A stretch of DNA of 59,012 bases from an uncultured Bacillales bacterium (GTDB lineage: Bacteria > Bacillota_I > Bacilli_A > RF39 > UBA660): the NCBI GenBank assembly GCA_947164795.1, contig CAMUXV010000003.1:1-59012 (forward strand). Reading direction: 5' to 3'. Numbering within the stretch: position 1 is the stretch's first letter; every line of letters begins with the position of its first letter. Below, one piece after another: positions 9,426 through 19,046 of the stretch. The position numbers were made by a program, and so were the translations under genes. The notes under the pieces were generated by a model. It did no database searches. It was not told where the DNA came from and worked only from the letters and a program-made list of their open reading frames with translations.

Positions 9426-10046
9426 ATGAAGAATTATTTGAATTATTTAATAAGGGGAATTTTTGCGGGGATAATGATTGGTATAGGTGGTACAATATAT
9501 TTATCTTTAGATAATAAGATTATTGGATCATTTTTGTTTTCAATTGGATTACTTATGATATGTATGTATAATATGAATTTATATACTGGTAAGATAGGGT
9601 ATGTTGTTGTTAATAAGAAGAATTACTTAATAGAGTTATTATTTACTTTAATTGGTAATTTTATTGGTACCTATATCTTGTCTTTAGGAATGTTAAATAG
9701 TAGATTTAATGCTATTAGTAATAAGGCTAAAGTTATATGTGATATGAAACTTAATGATAATTTAATTAGTATATTAATTCTATCTTGTTTATGTGGAATT
9801 CTTATGTATATCGCAGTTAATAACTATAAAAAGCATCATACTAGCATTGGTAAATATATGGGTATATTTATGTGTGTTATGGTATTTATTTTAAGTGGAT
9901 TTGAGCATTCTGTAGCTAATATGTTTTATTTTTCTTTAGCTAATATGTTATCTTGGAATACTTTATTATATTTATTTATAATGGTTATTGGTAATTCAAT
10001 AGGAGCAATACTTATTTCTTTATATGATAATAAAATTAATCGATAA
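9426..10046 (+). CDS. formate/nitrite transporter (FNT) family membrane protein, compact form
   Basis: Six hydrophobic segments, the hallmark GFEHSVANMF, and LFSIGLLMICMYNMNLYTGK (the ELFTGN-like region). Confidence 0.6.
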   Translation: MKNYLNYLIRGIFAGIMIGIGGTIYLSLDNKIIGSFLFSIGLLMICMYNMNLYTGKIGYVVVNKKNYLIELLFTLIGNFIGTYILSLGMLNSRFNAISNKAKVICDMKLNDNLISILILSCLCGILMYIAVNNYKKHHTSIGKYMGIFMCVMVFILSGFEHSVANMFYFSLANMLSWNTLLYLFIMVIGNSIGAILISLYDNKINR

Positions 10047-10132
10047 ATTAATTAATTTTTTACAATTTTTCAAAAAAAAGTTGTATATATATTATAGAGA
10101 AGCAAATATGCTTCTTTTTTTGGAGGCTGATT

Positions 10133-10810
10133 ATGAATTTAAATAAAATACCTAGTGAGGAAAAACCTAGAGAGAGATTACTTAAATATGGAAAGGAGAA
10201 TATTTCTAATGATGAATTAATTGAGATTATATTAAGGTCTGGTAATAGAAAGTCCGGTATTAAAGATATTTCTCATAATATTTTATCTTCGGTTAATAAT
10301 ATTAGTGAACTTAAGAATATGAGTATTAATGTTCTTAGTGGAATTGAAGGCATGAGTAAAATTAAAGCTATTGAACTAATCGCTGCAATTGAATTGGGAA
10401 GAAGAGTATATGAGGATAATAAATACGAAAGTTTAGTTAAACTTGCTAATCCTAATACTATTATTAATTATTTTCATAGTTTATTTAAGGATAAAAAACA
10501 GGAATATTTTTATGTAATATATTTAGATAATCAGAAAAAATATATTGATAAAAAATTATTATTTAAAGGGACTGTTAATTATTCTTTGGTTCATCCAAGA
10601 GAGATATTTAAAGAGGCTTATTTATTATCTGCGACTAATATTATATGTATTCATAATCATCCGTCAGGAGATGCTACCCCAAGTGAGAATGATACAGAAC
10701 TTACTAAGAGAATTAAGATAATTAGCGATATTCATGGTATTAATTTATTAGATCATATTATTATCGGTAATAATAATTATTATAGTTTTTATGAAGATAA
10801 TAATTTATAG
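10133..10810 (+). CDS. radC: RadC-family JAB-domain protein
   Basis: PRERLLKYG..., HhH region, HNHPSGDATPSENDTELTKRI JAMM motif. Confidence 0.85.
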   Translation: MNLNKIPSEEKPRERLLKYGKENISNDELIEIILRSGNRKSGIKDISHNILSSVNNISELKNMSINVLSGIEGMSKIKAIELIAAIELGRRVYEDNKYESLVKLANPNTIINYFHSLFKDKKQEYFYVIYLDNQKKYIDKKLLFKGTVNYSLVHPREIFKEAYLLSATNIICIHNHPSGDATPSENDTELTKRIKIISDIHGINLLDHIIIGNNNYYSFYEDNNL

Positions 10811-10864
10811 TCTTTTATTTTATATTAAAATATTATATAATTATGGTGATGGGAAAGTGATAAT

Positions 10865-11728
10865 ATGCTTGGTAAGAGAAAGAAAATACCTAAGAAATAT
10901 ATTTTTATTGGTATTATTATTATTATAGTTATTATAACAGTTATTTTATCTTTTTCTTTAAAAAAAGATAGAAAACTTAGTCCTGTTTTATCTTTTGTTA
11001 GAGATGGTGTATTATCGATAGAGAAAGTTGTTACTTATCCTTTTGTGTTTGTTAAAAATAAGATTGATAATTATAATGATTTAAAAGAAGTTCAAAAAGA
11101 TAATGTTTTACTTAAAACTTCGATTGATAGAGTTGATTCTGTTGAAACAGAAAATGTAGAGCTTAGAAGGCAACTCGATGCCTTAAAAAGTGAACTTAGT
11201 ATAGAGTATACTCTTAGTGATTATGAGTATTTAAACGCTACTGTTATAAGTAGAAATGTTGGTTATTGGTTTAATATTATAACTATTAATAAGGGTGGTT
11301 ATAGTGGTATCGAGAAAGATATGGTTGTTATTAATGCTAAAGGTTTAATTGGAAAAGTTATTAGGACAACTAATTTTACTTCAGATGTCAGGCTTATTAC
11401 TACGAGTGATACTAATAATAAGATTTCTGTTAGTATTACCAATGGTAGTAATAATTTATATGGACTTATTAATAGTTTTGATTATAATGATAATTATTTG
11501 GAAGTGGAGGGCATTAGCAATACTAAGAATGTTTCTATTGGCGATAAGGTATATACTTCTGGTTTGGGTGGTATATTTCCTTCGGGCATCTTAATAGGAG
11601 AGGTATCTGATATTACTACTGATTCTTACGATTTAGCTAAATTAATTAAGGTAAAACCGTCTGCTGACTTTAATGATATTAATTATGTTAGTGTATTAAA
11701 AAGGAAGAGTGCTGAAAATGATAATTAG
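10865..11728 (+). CDS. mreC: rod shape-determining protein MreC
   Basis: N-terminal TM, coiled coil (ENVELRRQLDALKSE), beta-barrel domains (VINAKGLIGKV...SDVRLITTSD...GIFPSGILIGEV). Confidence 0.8.
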   Translation: MLGKRKKIPKKYIFIGIIIIIVIITVILSFSLKKDRKLSPVLSFVRDGVLSIEKVVTYPFVFVKNKIDNYNDLKEVQKDNVLLKTSIDRVDSVETENVELRRQLDALKSELSIEYTLSDYEYLNATVISRNVGYWFNIITINKGGYSGIEKDMVVINAKGLIGKVIRTTNFTSDVRLITTSDTNNKISVSITNGSNNLYGLINSFDYNDNYLEVEGISNTKNVSIGDKVYTSGLGGIFPSGILIGEVSDITTDSYDLAKLIKVKPSADFNDINYVSVLKRKSAENDN

Positions 11729-12224
11729 TATTATTTATTTGGCTATATGTTTAATTCTTGAAGTGATTATGTCTATTTTTTTTCCTAGTACTTTAACTAA
11801 TGTTAGTTTATTTACTACTATTTACACAATTATTGGGTTAATTATATTATATCCGCATTTTAACAACGATAAAAAGTATTATTTATTATTAATTATATGT
11901 GGTATTCTTTTTGATGTTTTGTATACTTCCACTTTTATGTTTAACTTGGTATTATTTGTTATTGTTGGTATTATAATTAAAATATTATATAATATTTTTC
12001 CTGAGAATATTTTTATGACTAACTTAATGAGTTTTATAATTATCATTATTTACCATCTTCTTTCTTTTATACTTCTTAGTTTATTTAGTGGTATTAGCTA
12101 TAGTTTTATACTTTTAGTTAATATTATTTTAGGAAGTATTCTTATGACTATTATATATACTACGATTAGTTATTATATTATTCACTATACTTTTAATAAA
12201 TTTGGTATTAAATATGTTAAATAA
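11718..12224 (+). CDS. mreD: rod shape-determining protein MreD
   Basis: Polytopic hydrophobic 168-aa ORF overlapping the mreC 3' end. The call rests on position and topology. An alternative GTG start lies at 11709. Confidence 0.6.
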   Translation: MIISIIYLAICLILEVIMSIFFPSTLTNVSLFTTIYTIIGLIILYPHFNNDKKYYLLLIICGILFDVLYTSTFMFNLVLFVIVGIIIKILYNIFPENIFMTNLMSFIIIIIYHLLSFILLSLFSGISYSFILLVNIILGSILMTIIYTTISYYIIHYTFNKFGIKYVK

Positions 12225-12234
12225 AAAAATTTCT

Positions 12235-12639
12235 TTATAAAAAGAAATTTGGTTCGTTATTATAATTATAGTTATTATTAGGAGTAGTACTGCTAGTGGT
12301 ACTATTTTCTTTTTTGCTTATTTCATTGTTTTTATTACTATTATTGGGTTTCTTTGCATCTGTTTCGTCTTTAAATACGGAAGCTATTTTTATCATTGAT
12401 TTCATGTTGTTAATCATTGGTCCTACTTCTTTTACTACTGGTATGGCATCTTTTACTACTCCTAGGGTTCGAGATACATTATTTAACATACCATTCCAAT
12501 TAATATTGTGAAATCCATTGAATAGGCTACGAATCCCTCCAGTATTAAATAGAGTTCGAGATATCCCATGATTTATATTATATGGAGTATATGGCATATT
12601 TCTTGGTATTATAAATGGTCTAAAATTATTTCCATACAT
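12235..12639 (-). CDS. YqfQ-like (VrrA-like) sporulation-associated protein
   Basis: GGIRSLFNG...NWNGMLNNVSRTLGVVKDAIPVVKEVGPMINNMKSMIKI resembles the B. subtilis YqfQ core, recalled from memory. N-rich tail. Confidence 0.4.
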   Translation of the reverse strand: MYGNNFRPFIIPRNMPYTPYNINHGISRTLFNTGGIRSLFNGFHNINWNGMLNNVSRTLGVVKDAIPVVKEVGPMINNMKSMIKIASVFKDETDAKKPNNSNKNNEISKKENSTTSSTTPNNNYNYNNEPNFFL

Positions 12640-12738
12640 AATTAAGACTCCTTCCTAAAATAATATATGAAAAATTTTAAAAAAGTGTTAAAAAAGTTTT
12701 TATTTTATGGTATACTTATATGTAGAATAGGTGATTAG

Positions 12739-14040
12739 ATGAACGGACAAGTTAATAGTCAGAATATAAATAATAATAGTCCTAATTTTAAATCTAGTGT
12801 TTCTGGTAATACAGCATTAACTAAAGAGAAAACTAGATATAAATATATCTGCTATGATAGAAATGGTAAACAAATTAAAGGATATTTTGACGCATATAGA
12901 AGATTAGACGTCGAATCATTTCTTACGTCTCAAGGATATAGGATAGCTAATATTACTCCTACTAAGATTAGTAAGATTGGTAAATTCTTAACTTTAGAGA
13001 GGCAAATGAAATATAAGGACTTAAACTTTTTCTTAACGCAATTATCTACCTATGTTAAAAGTGGCATTCCACTTACGGAATCGATTATAATACTTGAAAA
13101 TCAGACTAATAAGAAATCTAATAGGGATTTGTATAAAAGAATTACATATGAATTAAATACTGGTGCTCCTTTTAGTGAAGCGTTAGCTAGGCAAGGTAAT
13201 GTTTTTCCTAAACTTTTAATTAATATGCTTAAGACTTCTGAACTTACTGGTAATCTAACAGAAGCTTTAGATGATATGGCTGCTTATTATAAGACAGCGG
13301 ATACAAATAGAAAGCAAATTGTTTCTGCTCTTAGTTACCCTAGTATAGTACTAGTAGTGGCAATGGGTGTATTAACGTTCTTACTTATTTATATAGTTCC
13401 TAAATTTCAAGATATTTTTAATCAACTTGGTTCTGAGCTTCCTAGTATTACTAAAACTTTGATTGCTATTAGTACTTTTGTTCAAAACAATATTATAAAG
13501 ATAGTGTTAACATTAGCTGCTATTATAATAATTATTATTGTTATGTATAAGAATATTAAAAAAGTTAGGTACGGTATCCAATGGCTTTTAATGCATATCC
13601 CTGTTATTAAGGATGTATTTATATATAATGAAATTGTTATGTTTACTAAAACTTTTTCGTCTTTAATTAGACATGATGTATTTATTACTGATAGTATTGA
13701 AATGTTGGGCAAGGTTACTAGTAATGAAATATATAAAGAAATTATAAGAGAGGCTGTTACTAATTTGAGTACCGGTAATGGTCTTTCGAAAGCTTTTGAA
13801 AATAAGTGGGCTTTTCCTAGAATTGCTTATGAAATGATTCTTACTGGTGAAAAGACTGGTAGACTTAGTAGTATGATGGAAAGTGTTGCTTCTTATTATG
13901 AGGAAGAACAAAGGAATATGGTACAAAGACTTAAAAGCTTTATTGAACCTGTTATGATTATACTTTTAGCTTTTATAGTAGGTGTAGTTTTATTATCAAT
14001 ATTTCTTCCAATGTTTAAGATGTATGAGGGAATTCTATGA
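12739..14040 (+). CDS. pilC: type IV pilus / type II secretion platform protein (GspF/PilC family)
   Basis: Two GspF repeats (FFLTQLSTYVKSGIPLTESI... and FTKTFSSLIRHDVFITDSIEML...), three TM segments, C-terminal PMFKMYEGI. Confidence 0.85.
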   Translation: MNGQVNSQNINNNSPNFKSSVSGNTALTKEKTRYKYICYDRNGKQIKGYFDAYRRLDVESFLTSQGYRIANITPTKISKIGKFLTLERQMKYKDLNFFLTQLSTYVKSGIPLTESIIILENQTNKKSNRDLYKRITYELNTGAPFSEALARQGNVFPKLLINMLKTSELTGNLTEALDDMAAYYKTADTNRKQIVSALSYPSIVLVVAMGVLTFLLIYIVPKFQDIFNQLGSELPSITKTLIAISTFVQNNIIKIVLTLAAIIIIIIVMYKNIKKVRYGIQWLLMHIPVIKDVFIYNEIVMFTKTFSSLIRHDVFITDSIEMLGKVTSNEIYKEIIREAVTNLSTGNGLSKAFENKWAFPRIAYEMILTGEKTGRLSSMMESVASYYEEEQRNMVQRLKSFIEPVMIILLAFIVGVVLLSIFLPMFKMYEGIL

Positions 14041-14816
14041 TGAATATCTTATATGAATTATATATTTATTTTGTAATATTTATATTTGGTACTGTCGTAG
14101 GAAGTTTTCTTAATGTGGTAGCAGTAAGATTATCTAGAGAAGAATCAATATTATGGCCAGGTAGTCATTGTGATGTATGTAATCATAAGCTTAGATGGTA
14201 TGAGAATATTCCTATAATATCTTATTTAGTGCAAAAAGGTAAGTGCAGAAATTGTGGTGCTAGAGTACCTCTTAGTTCATTATTCATTGAAATTATTACT
14301 GGCATTTTATATTGTACTTCATATCATTCTTTTGGTTTTAGCTATGATTTTATTATTAGCTTAATATTTATATCTTCATTAGTAGCTATAATAGTGGCTG
14401 ATATTGAATATATGATTATACCAGATGAAATTATTGGAATATCTAGCATACTAATTATTTCTTTAGAATTAATATTTTATGGGCTTGCATATGCATCTGA
14501 TAAAATTATTGCTGGAATACTTGCATTTGTCTTGATGTATGTGATAAAATTAATAGGGGATAGGATATTTAAAAAAGAGTCTATGGGTGGAGGAGATATT
14601 AAATTAATGTTCTTGTTTGCAATAGTAATTGGTTTTCCTTTATCGATATGTGATATATTTTTAGCTACTTTTATTGCTTTCCCAGTGGCAATATTCATGC
14701 TTGCTAGTAGAAAAGAAAATTTAATACCGTTTGGTCCATTTTTAGCAATGGCTGCAATACTTATAAATATATCTAAAGTTAGCTTAGATAGTATAATTAA
14801 CTTTTTAATAAAATAG
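14037..14816 (+). CDS. pilD: prepilin peptidase (A24 family)
   Basis: N-terminal CxxC...CxxC zinc motif (CDVCNHKL...CRNCGA). Catalytic Asp motifs IVADIEYMIIPD and GGGDIKL. 4-nt overlap with pilC. Confidence 0.85.
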   Translation: MMNILYELYIYFVIFIFGTVVGSFLNVVAVRLSREESILWPGSHCDVCNHKLRWYENIPIISYLVQKGKCRNCGARVPLSSLFIEIITGILYCTSYHSFGFSYDFIISLIFISSLVAIIVADIEYMIIPDEIIGISSILIISLELIFYGLAYASDKIIAGILAFVLMYVIKLIGDRIFKKESMGGGDIKLMFLFAIVIGFPLSICDIFLATFIAFPVAIFMLASRKENLIPFGPFLAMAAILINISKVSLDSIINFLIK

Positions 14817-14826
14817 GAGGAAGTAT

Positions 14827-16374
14827 ATGGAAACTAGAATTAGATTAAAAAATCTTTATTTAATAGCGGTTATTGCTATAGGGCTTATAGGACTTGGTGT
14901 AGGATCTACTTTTGCTATGTTCACATCTAGTACTACTATTGATAATCCTATTGTTTTTAATTCTAATTTGCAATCTATTAATTGCATTGGTGAAACGTCA
15001 GAAGTTGATGTGCCTGCTTATGATGATAAATCTGTTGAATTATTAATAAGTAATACTGGATCTTCTTCAATTAATTATAAAGCTTGGTATATTTCTGATT
15101 CAGATGATATTATGGTAACTTCTTCTTCTAATAATAATTTGTATAGTTCTTCTGGAACACTTCCTTCTGGGGCTTCTTTTACATTGACTGTGACATTTAG
15201 AAATAGTTCTTCCTCTAGGATTTCTGTAACTTTAGGATTATCTTCTTGTGAGGGAGAAATAAATCTTATCTCGAATATGATTCAGATTTCTAGTACTCCA
15301 TTACCTGAAATTATTAATGAAAATGCTGCTGATTATATAAGAGATTTGTATTATGATAATAAAGATACAATGTTAATTGATAATGGAAGTGGTATTGAAT
15401 ATCAGACTGCTTCGGCTGAGAATTTAATTAACGATAGACTTGGAGGAGTATCTACTTATGATGGCGGTAATGTAAGATATTATGGTAGTAGTGAAGATGT
15501 TCACAATTATATATATTTTAATTGCAGTGATTATGATGATCAGGATGATAATTCCTGTGAATTGTGGAGAATTATAGGTGTATTTGGTGATAGAATTAAA
15601 ATAATAAGAGATACTGAAATTGGTACTTACTCTTGGGATTCAAGTGCTACTGGAGTCAATAATGGTTGTGGAATTAATCAGTGGGGGCCTTCTCCTTTAG
15701 ATGGTACAGGATATCAGGGTGCTGACTTGATGAAATTATTAAATCCTGGTTATAGTGGCAATGTAGATTTAGATGAAAACAATACTTCAATGAATATTAA
15801 TAATAGTTTGTATTGGGTTGGCAGAAATGTAGGGGTTTGTTATAATGGTCAGAATAATCATACTAAAACATGTGATTTTTCGACAATTGGATTGAAAAAT
15901 GATGATACAAGAAATAGAATAGGAAATTTTACATATAATCTTGGTAGCGTATCTGCTGCTACTTCTAAGGAGCAAATCTATGCAGATGAGCGTGGCAATA
16001 ACGTTATCGGTAATCCTCCAGATAATATTGTAAGACAGACTACTTGGAATGGAATAGTTGGATTAATGTATTTAAGTGATTATGGTTATGCTTCTAGTGT
16101 TTTTGGATGTAGTTTTGCCTCAGCTGACAGGAATAAAGATATTTCTTGTAAAAATAATAATTGGTTATTTAATAGTACTAATGAATGGACTTTAACTTCT
16201 AGTTATAGTAGTTCAGCAGGTACTTTGGTTTGGACTAATCATGCGTTTGGTTTCGCTTTTGCTTCTGCTGCTTCTTATGAAATAAAGGTTAGACCTGTTG
16301 TATTTCTTAATTCTGACCAATATATTTGGGATGGTAATGGTACAATTGAAAAACCTTATAAAATTAGAAAATAG
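14827..16374 (+). CDS. secreted protein: TasA/SipW-type signal peptide + Ig-like domain + C-terminal W..L.S...VRPV module
   Basis: AGGAGG RBS 10 nt after the pilD stop. N-terminus ...IGLIGLGVGSTFAMFTSSTTIDNPIVF. The C-terminal domain (LWRIIGVF...LMKLLN...GLMYLSDYGYAS...EWTLTS...VRPVVFLNSD) resembles a common Firmicutes surface-protein DUF. Confidence 0.6.
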   Translation: METRIRLKNLYLIAVIAIGLIGLGVGSTFAMFTSSTTIDNPIVFNSNLQSINCIGETSEVDVPAYDDKSVELLISNTGSSSINYKAWYISDSDDIMVTSSSNNNLYSSSGTLPSGASFTLTVTFRNSSSSRISVTLGLSSCEGEINLISNMIQISSTPLPEIINENAADYIRDLYYDNKDTMLIDNGSGIEYQTASAENLINDRLGGVSTYDGGNVRYYGSSEDVHNYIYFNCSDYDDQDDNSCELWRIIGVFGDRIKIIRDTEIGTYSWDSSATGVNNGCGINQWGPSPLDGTGYQGADLMKLLNPGYSGNVDLDENNTSMNINNSLYWVGRNVGVCYNGQNNHTKTCDFSTIGLKNDDTRNRIGNFTYNLGSVSAATSKEQIYADERGNNVIGNPPDNIVRQTTWNGIVGLMYLSDYGYASSVFGCSFASADRNKDISCKNNNWLFNSTNEWTLTSSYSSSAGTLVWTNHAFGFAFASAASYEIKVRPVVFLNSDQYIWDGNGTIEKPYKIRK

Positions 16375-16384
16375 TATATTTTAA

Positions 16385-16411
16385 ATCAACACTTTATGTG
16401 TTGATTTTTTC
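16385..16411 (+). terminator. rho-independent terminator
   Basis: ATCAACAC-TTTAT-GTGTTGAT followed by a T-run. Confidence 0.65.
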
Positions 16412-16481
16412 TGTTGTAAAATGGAATGTCAAACCCTTGAAATATAAGGGAAAATATTATATAATTATAATGGTGATGTAG

Positions 16482-18992
16482 ATGGAAGATATTATTAAGA
16501 AGATTTATGATTACTCTCTAGAAGATATTATGGGAGAGAGTTTTGGTAGATATTCTAAATATATTATTCAGGATAGAGCTATTCCTGATGTTAGGGATGG
16601 TTTAAAGCCTGTTCAGAGAAGAATATTGTATTCTATGTATAAAGAAAAAAACACGTATGATAAACCTACGAAGAAGAGTGCTAATGCTGTTGGAATGGTT
16701 ATGGGTAATTATCATCCTCATGGAGATAGTAGTATATATGAAGCCATTGTTAGAATGAGTCAGCCTTGGAAGAATGAGGCACCATTAATAGAAATGCAGG
16801 GTAATAATGGTTCTATTGATGGAGATCCTGCTGCTGCAAGCCGTTATACTGAGGCGAGACTTTCTAAAATTGCTGGAGAACTTCTTCGTGATATTGAAAA
16901 GCCTGGTATTGTTCCTATGGCTCCAAATTATGATGATAGGTTATTAGAACCTACAGTTTTACCTAGTAGATTTCCTAATCTACTTGTTAATGGTGCTACT
17001 GGTATTAGTGCTGGTTATGCAACAAATATGCCACCACATAATTTAGGAGAAGTTATTGAAGCTACAGTATTTAGAATTGATAATCCTAATAGTAGATTAG
17101 ATACGGTTATGAATTATATTAAAGGTCCTGACTTTCCTACTGGGGGTATAGTACTTGGTCTTGATGGTATTAAAGAGGCTTATGAAACTGGTAAGGGAAA
17201 AATTTTTATTAGAGCAAAAGCTAAGATAGAAAAGGGAAAAATTATAATAAATGAAATTCCTTTTGATGTTAATAAACAATTACTTGTTAGAAGAATTGAT
17301 GAATTAAGATTAGAGAAAAAATTGGATGGTATTGTTGAAGTTAGAGATGAAAGTGATAAAGATGGACTTCAGATTGCTATTGATTTGAAGAAGGAAGCTG
17401 ATAGTGAGAATATTCTTAATTACTTATATAAGAATACTGATCTTCAAATATCATATAACTTTAATAATGTTGTCATTGTGGATAGAAGGCCTATGCAACT
17501 TGGATTATTACCGCTTATTGATGCCTATATTGCTCATCAAAGAGAAGTTGTTCATAATGTTACGGAATATGATTTAAAGACTGCTAAGAGTAGTTATCAT
17601 ATTATGGAAGGTCTTGTTAAGGCTATATCTATATTAGATGAAGTTATTAAGGTAATAAGAGGTAGTAAGAATAAGGCTGATGCTATTATAAATTTAGTTA
17701 AAGAGTTTGAATTTACTAATGTTCAGGCGGAAGCTATTGTTAATTTACAATTATATAGACTTACTAATACTGATATTGTTGCTCTTGAAGAAGAAATGAA
17801 AAAATTAGAAGAGAAGATTAGAATGTATGAAGAAATTCTTTCTAATCCTAGTGTATTAGATAGGGTTATTAAAGATGATTTAAGAAGTATTAAGAAAGAA
17901 TATGCTATTTCTAGACTGACCGAGATTAGGGATGAGACTGCTGATGTTAAGGTTGATGTTGTTAGTATGATACCTAAGGAAGATGTAGTAGTAGTGGTTA
18001 CTTCAGAAGGATATATTAAGAGGGTATCTAATAGGAGTTATGCTTCTTCTAATGGTGAAGAGACTACTTTAAAAGAGAATGATTATGTTATTGGTTTATA
18101 TAATATTAATACTGCGGATAATGTATTATTATTTACTAATATGGGTAATTATTTACAACTAAGTGTATATGATATACCAGAAGCTAAATGGAAAGATCTT
18201 GGTAAACATATTAGTAATATTACACCTTTAAATGTCGAGGAGAGGATAATATATAGCGTTCCTGTTTATGATTTTGATAGAGAAATATATATTACTTCAT
18301 TTAGTAAGATGGGTATGGTTAAGAGAACTTTACTTAAAGACTTTAAAGTAAGTAGATGTTCTAAACCTATGAAGATGATGAATCTTAAAGAAGACGATGA
18401 AGTAGTAACTGTAACTGATAGTAGTAATAGTGAAGTATTTATTGCCACAGAAAATGGATATGGACTTTGGTATGATCTTAGTGAAATACCAGTAGTAGGT
18501 GTTAAAGCAGGTGGGGTTAAATCTATTAACTTAAAAGAAGATTATGTAGTTAGTGCTTCTCTATTTAATCCTGATGATGAATATATTACTATTCTTACTG
18601 ATAAAGGTACTGGTAAGAGAACCAAGATAAGTGAATTTGAAAAAACATCTAGGGCTAAAAGAGGAATACTTCTTATGAAAGTTATTAAGAGTAATCCTAG
18701 CAAAATTATTAGGACTTATATTACTAATTCTAAGAATATGATTTGTATAGTTAGTGATAATTATGTAAAAGAAATTAAAATTACAGAAATACCTATTATG
18801 GATAGATATAGTAATGGTTCTTATGTTATTAAGGATAGAATTATTTCGTCTTATATAATTAGCAATATTATTAGTAAAGATGATATTAAAGAGGAAACAA
18901 AGACTAGTACTATAGAAAAAAAAGAAATAAGTTTAAAGGCTATTGATGATGCGCTTGCTAATGTAGATAGTGTTATTAAAGATATGGAATAA
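16482..18992 (+). CDS. parC: DNA topoisomerase IV subunit A
   Basis: FGRYSKYIIQDRAIPDVRDGLKPVQRRILYSM, GNYHPHGDSSIYEAIVRMSQPW, AASRYTEARL (catalytic Tyr). This is the ParC-type rather than the GyrA-type N-terminus. Confidence 0.85.
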   Translation: MEDIIKKIYDYSLEDIMGESFGRYSKYIIQDRAIPDVRDGLKPVQRRILYSMYKEKNTYDKPTKKSANAVGMVMGNYHPHGDSSIYEAIVRMSQPWKNEAPLIEMQGNNGSIDGDPAAASRYTEARLSKIAGELLRDIEKPGIVPMAPNYDDRLLEPTVLPSRFPNLLVNGATGISAGYATNMPPHNLGEVIEATVFRIDNPNSRLDTVMNYIKGPDFPTGGIVLGLDGIKEAYETGKGKIFIRAKAKIEKGKIIINEIPFDVNKQLLVRRIDELRLEKKLDGIVEVRDESDKDGLQIAIDLKKEADSENILNYLYKNTDLQISYNFNNVVIVDRRPMQLGLLPLIDAYIAHQREVVHNVTEYDLKTAKSSYHIMEGLVKAISILDEVIKVIRGSKNKADAIINLVKEFEFTNVQAEAIVNLQLYRLTNTDIVALEEEMKKLEEKIRMYEEILSNPSVLDRVIKDDLRSIKKEYAISRLTEIRDETADVKVDVVSMIPKEDVVVVVTSEGYIKRVSNRSYASSNGEETTLKENDYVIGLYNINTADNVLLFTNMGNYLQLSVYDIPEAKWKDLGKHISNITPLNVEERIIYSVPVYDFDREIYITSFSKMGMVKRTLLKDFKVSRCSKPMKMMNLKEDDEVVTVTDSSNSEVFIATENGYGLWYDLSEIPVVGVKAGGVKSINLKEDYVVSASLFNPDDEYITILTDKGTGKRTKISEFEKTSRAKRGILLMKVIKSNPSKIIRTYITNSKNMICIVSDNYVKEIKITEIPIMDRYSNGSYVIKDRIISSYIISNIISKDDIKEETKTSTIEKKEISLKAIDDALANVDSVIKDME

Positions 18993-19046
18993 AAATATTG
19001 ATGGTTCCTAATGGAAACCAATATTATATTAAGATAGGAGGTTATT

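Noticed and set aside
10099-10121. Hairpin GAAGCA-AATA-TGCTTC plus a T7 run ending 1 nt before the radC RBS, considered as a radC attenuator.
   Set aside because: It is most simply the intrinsic terminator of the upstream FNT gene (stop at 10046). There are no alternative antiterminator pairings or leader peptide.
10133-12224. Absence of mreB between radC and mreC, and of parE before parC.
   Set aside because: Gene absence cannot be judged from one window. Both genes are commonly encoded elsewhere in the genome.
14827-16374. Considered calling the gene downstream of pilD a type IV pilin or pseudopilin.
   Set aside because: It has no class III signal (no G/F-T-L-I-E after a short basic leader). 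The hydrophobic segment is followed by a TasA-like G-S-T-F-A-M-F motif, and at 515 aa with globular domains it does not fit a pilin.
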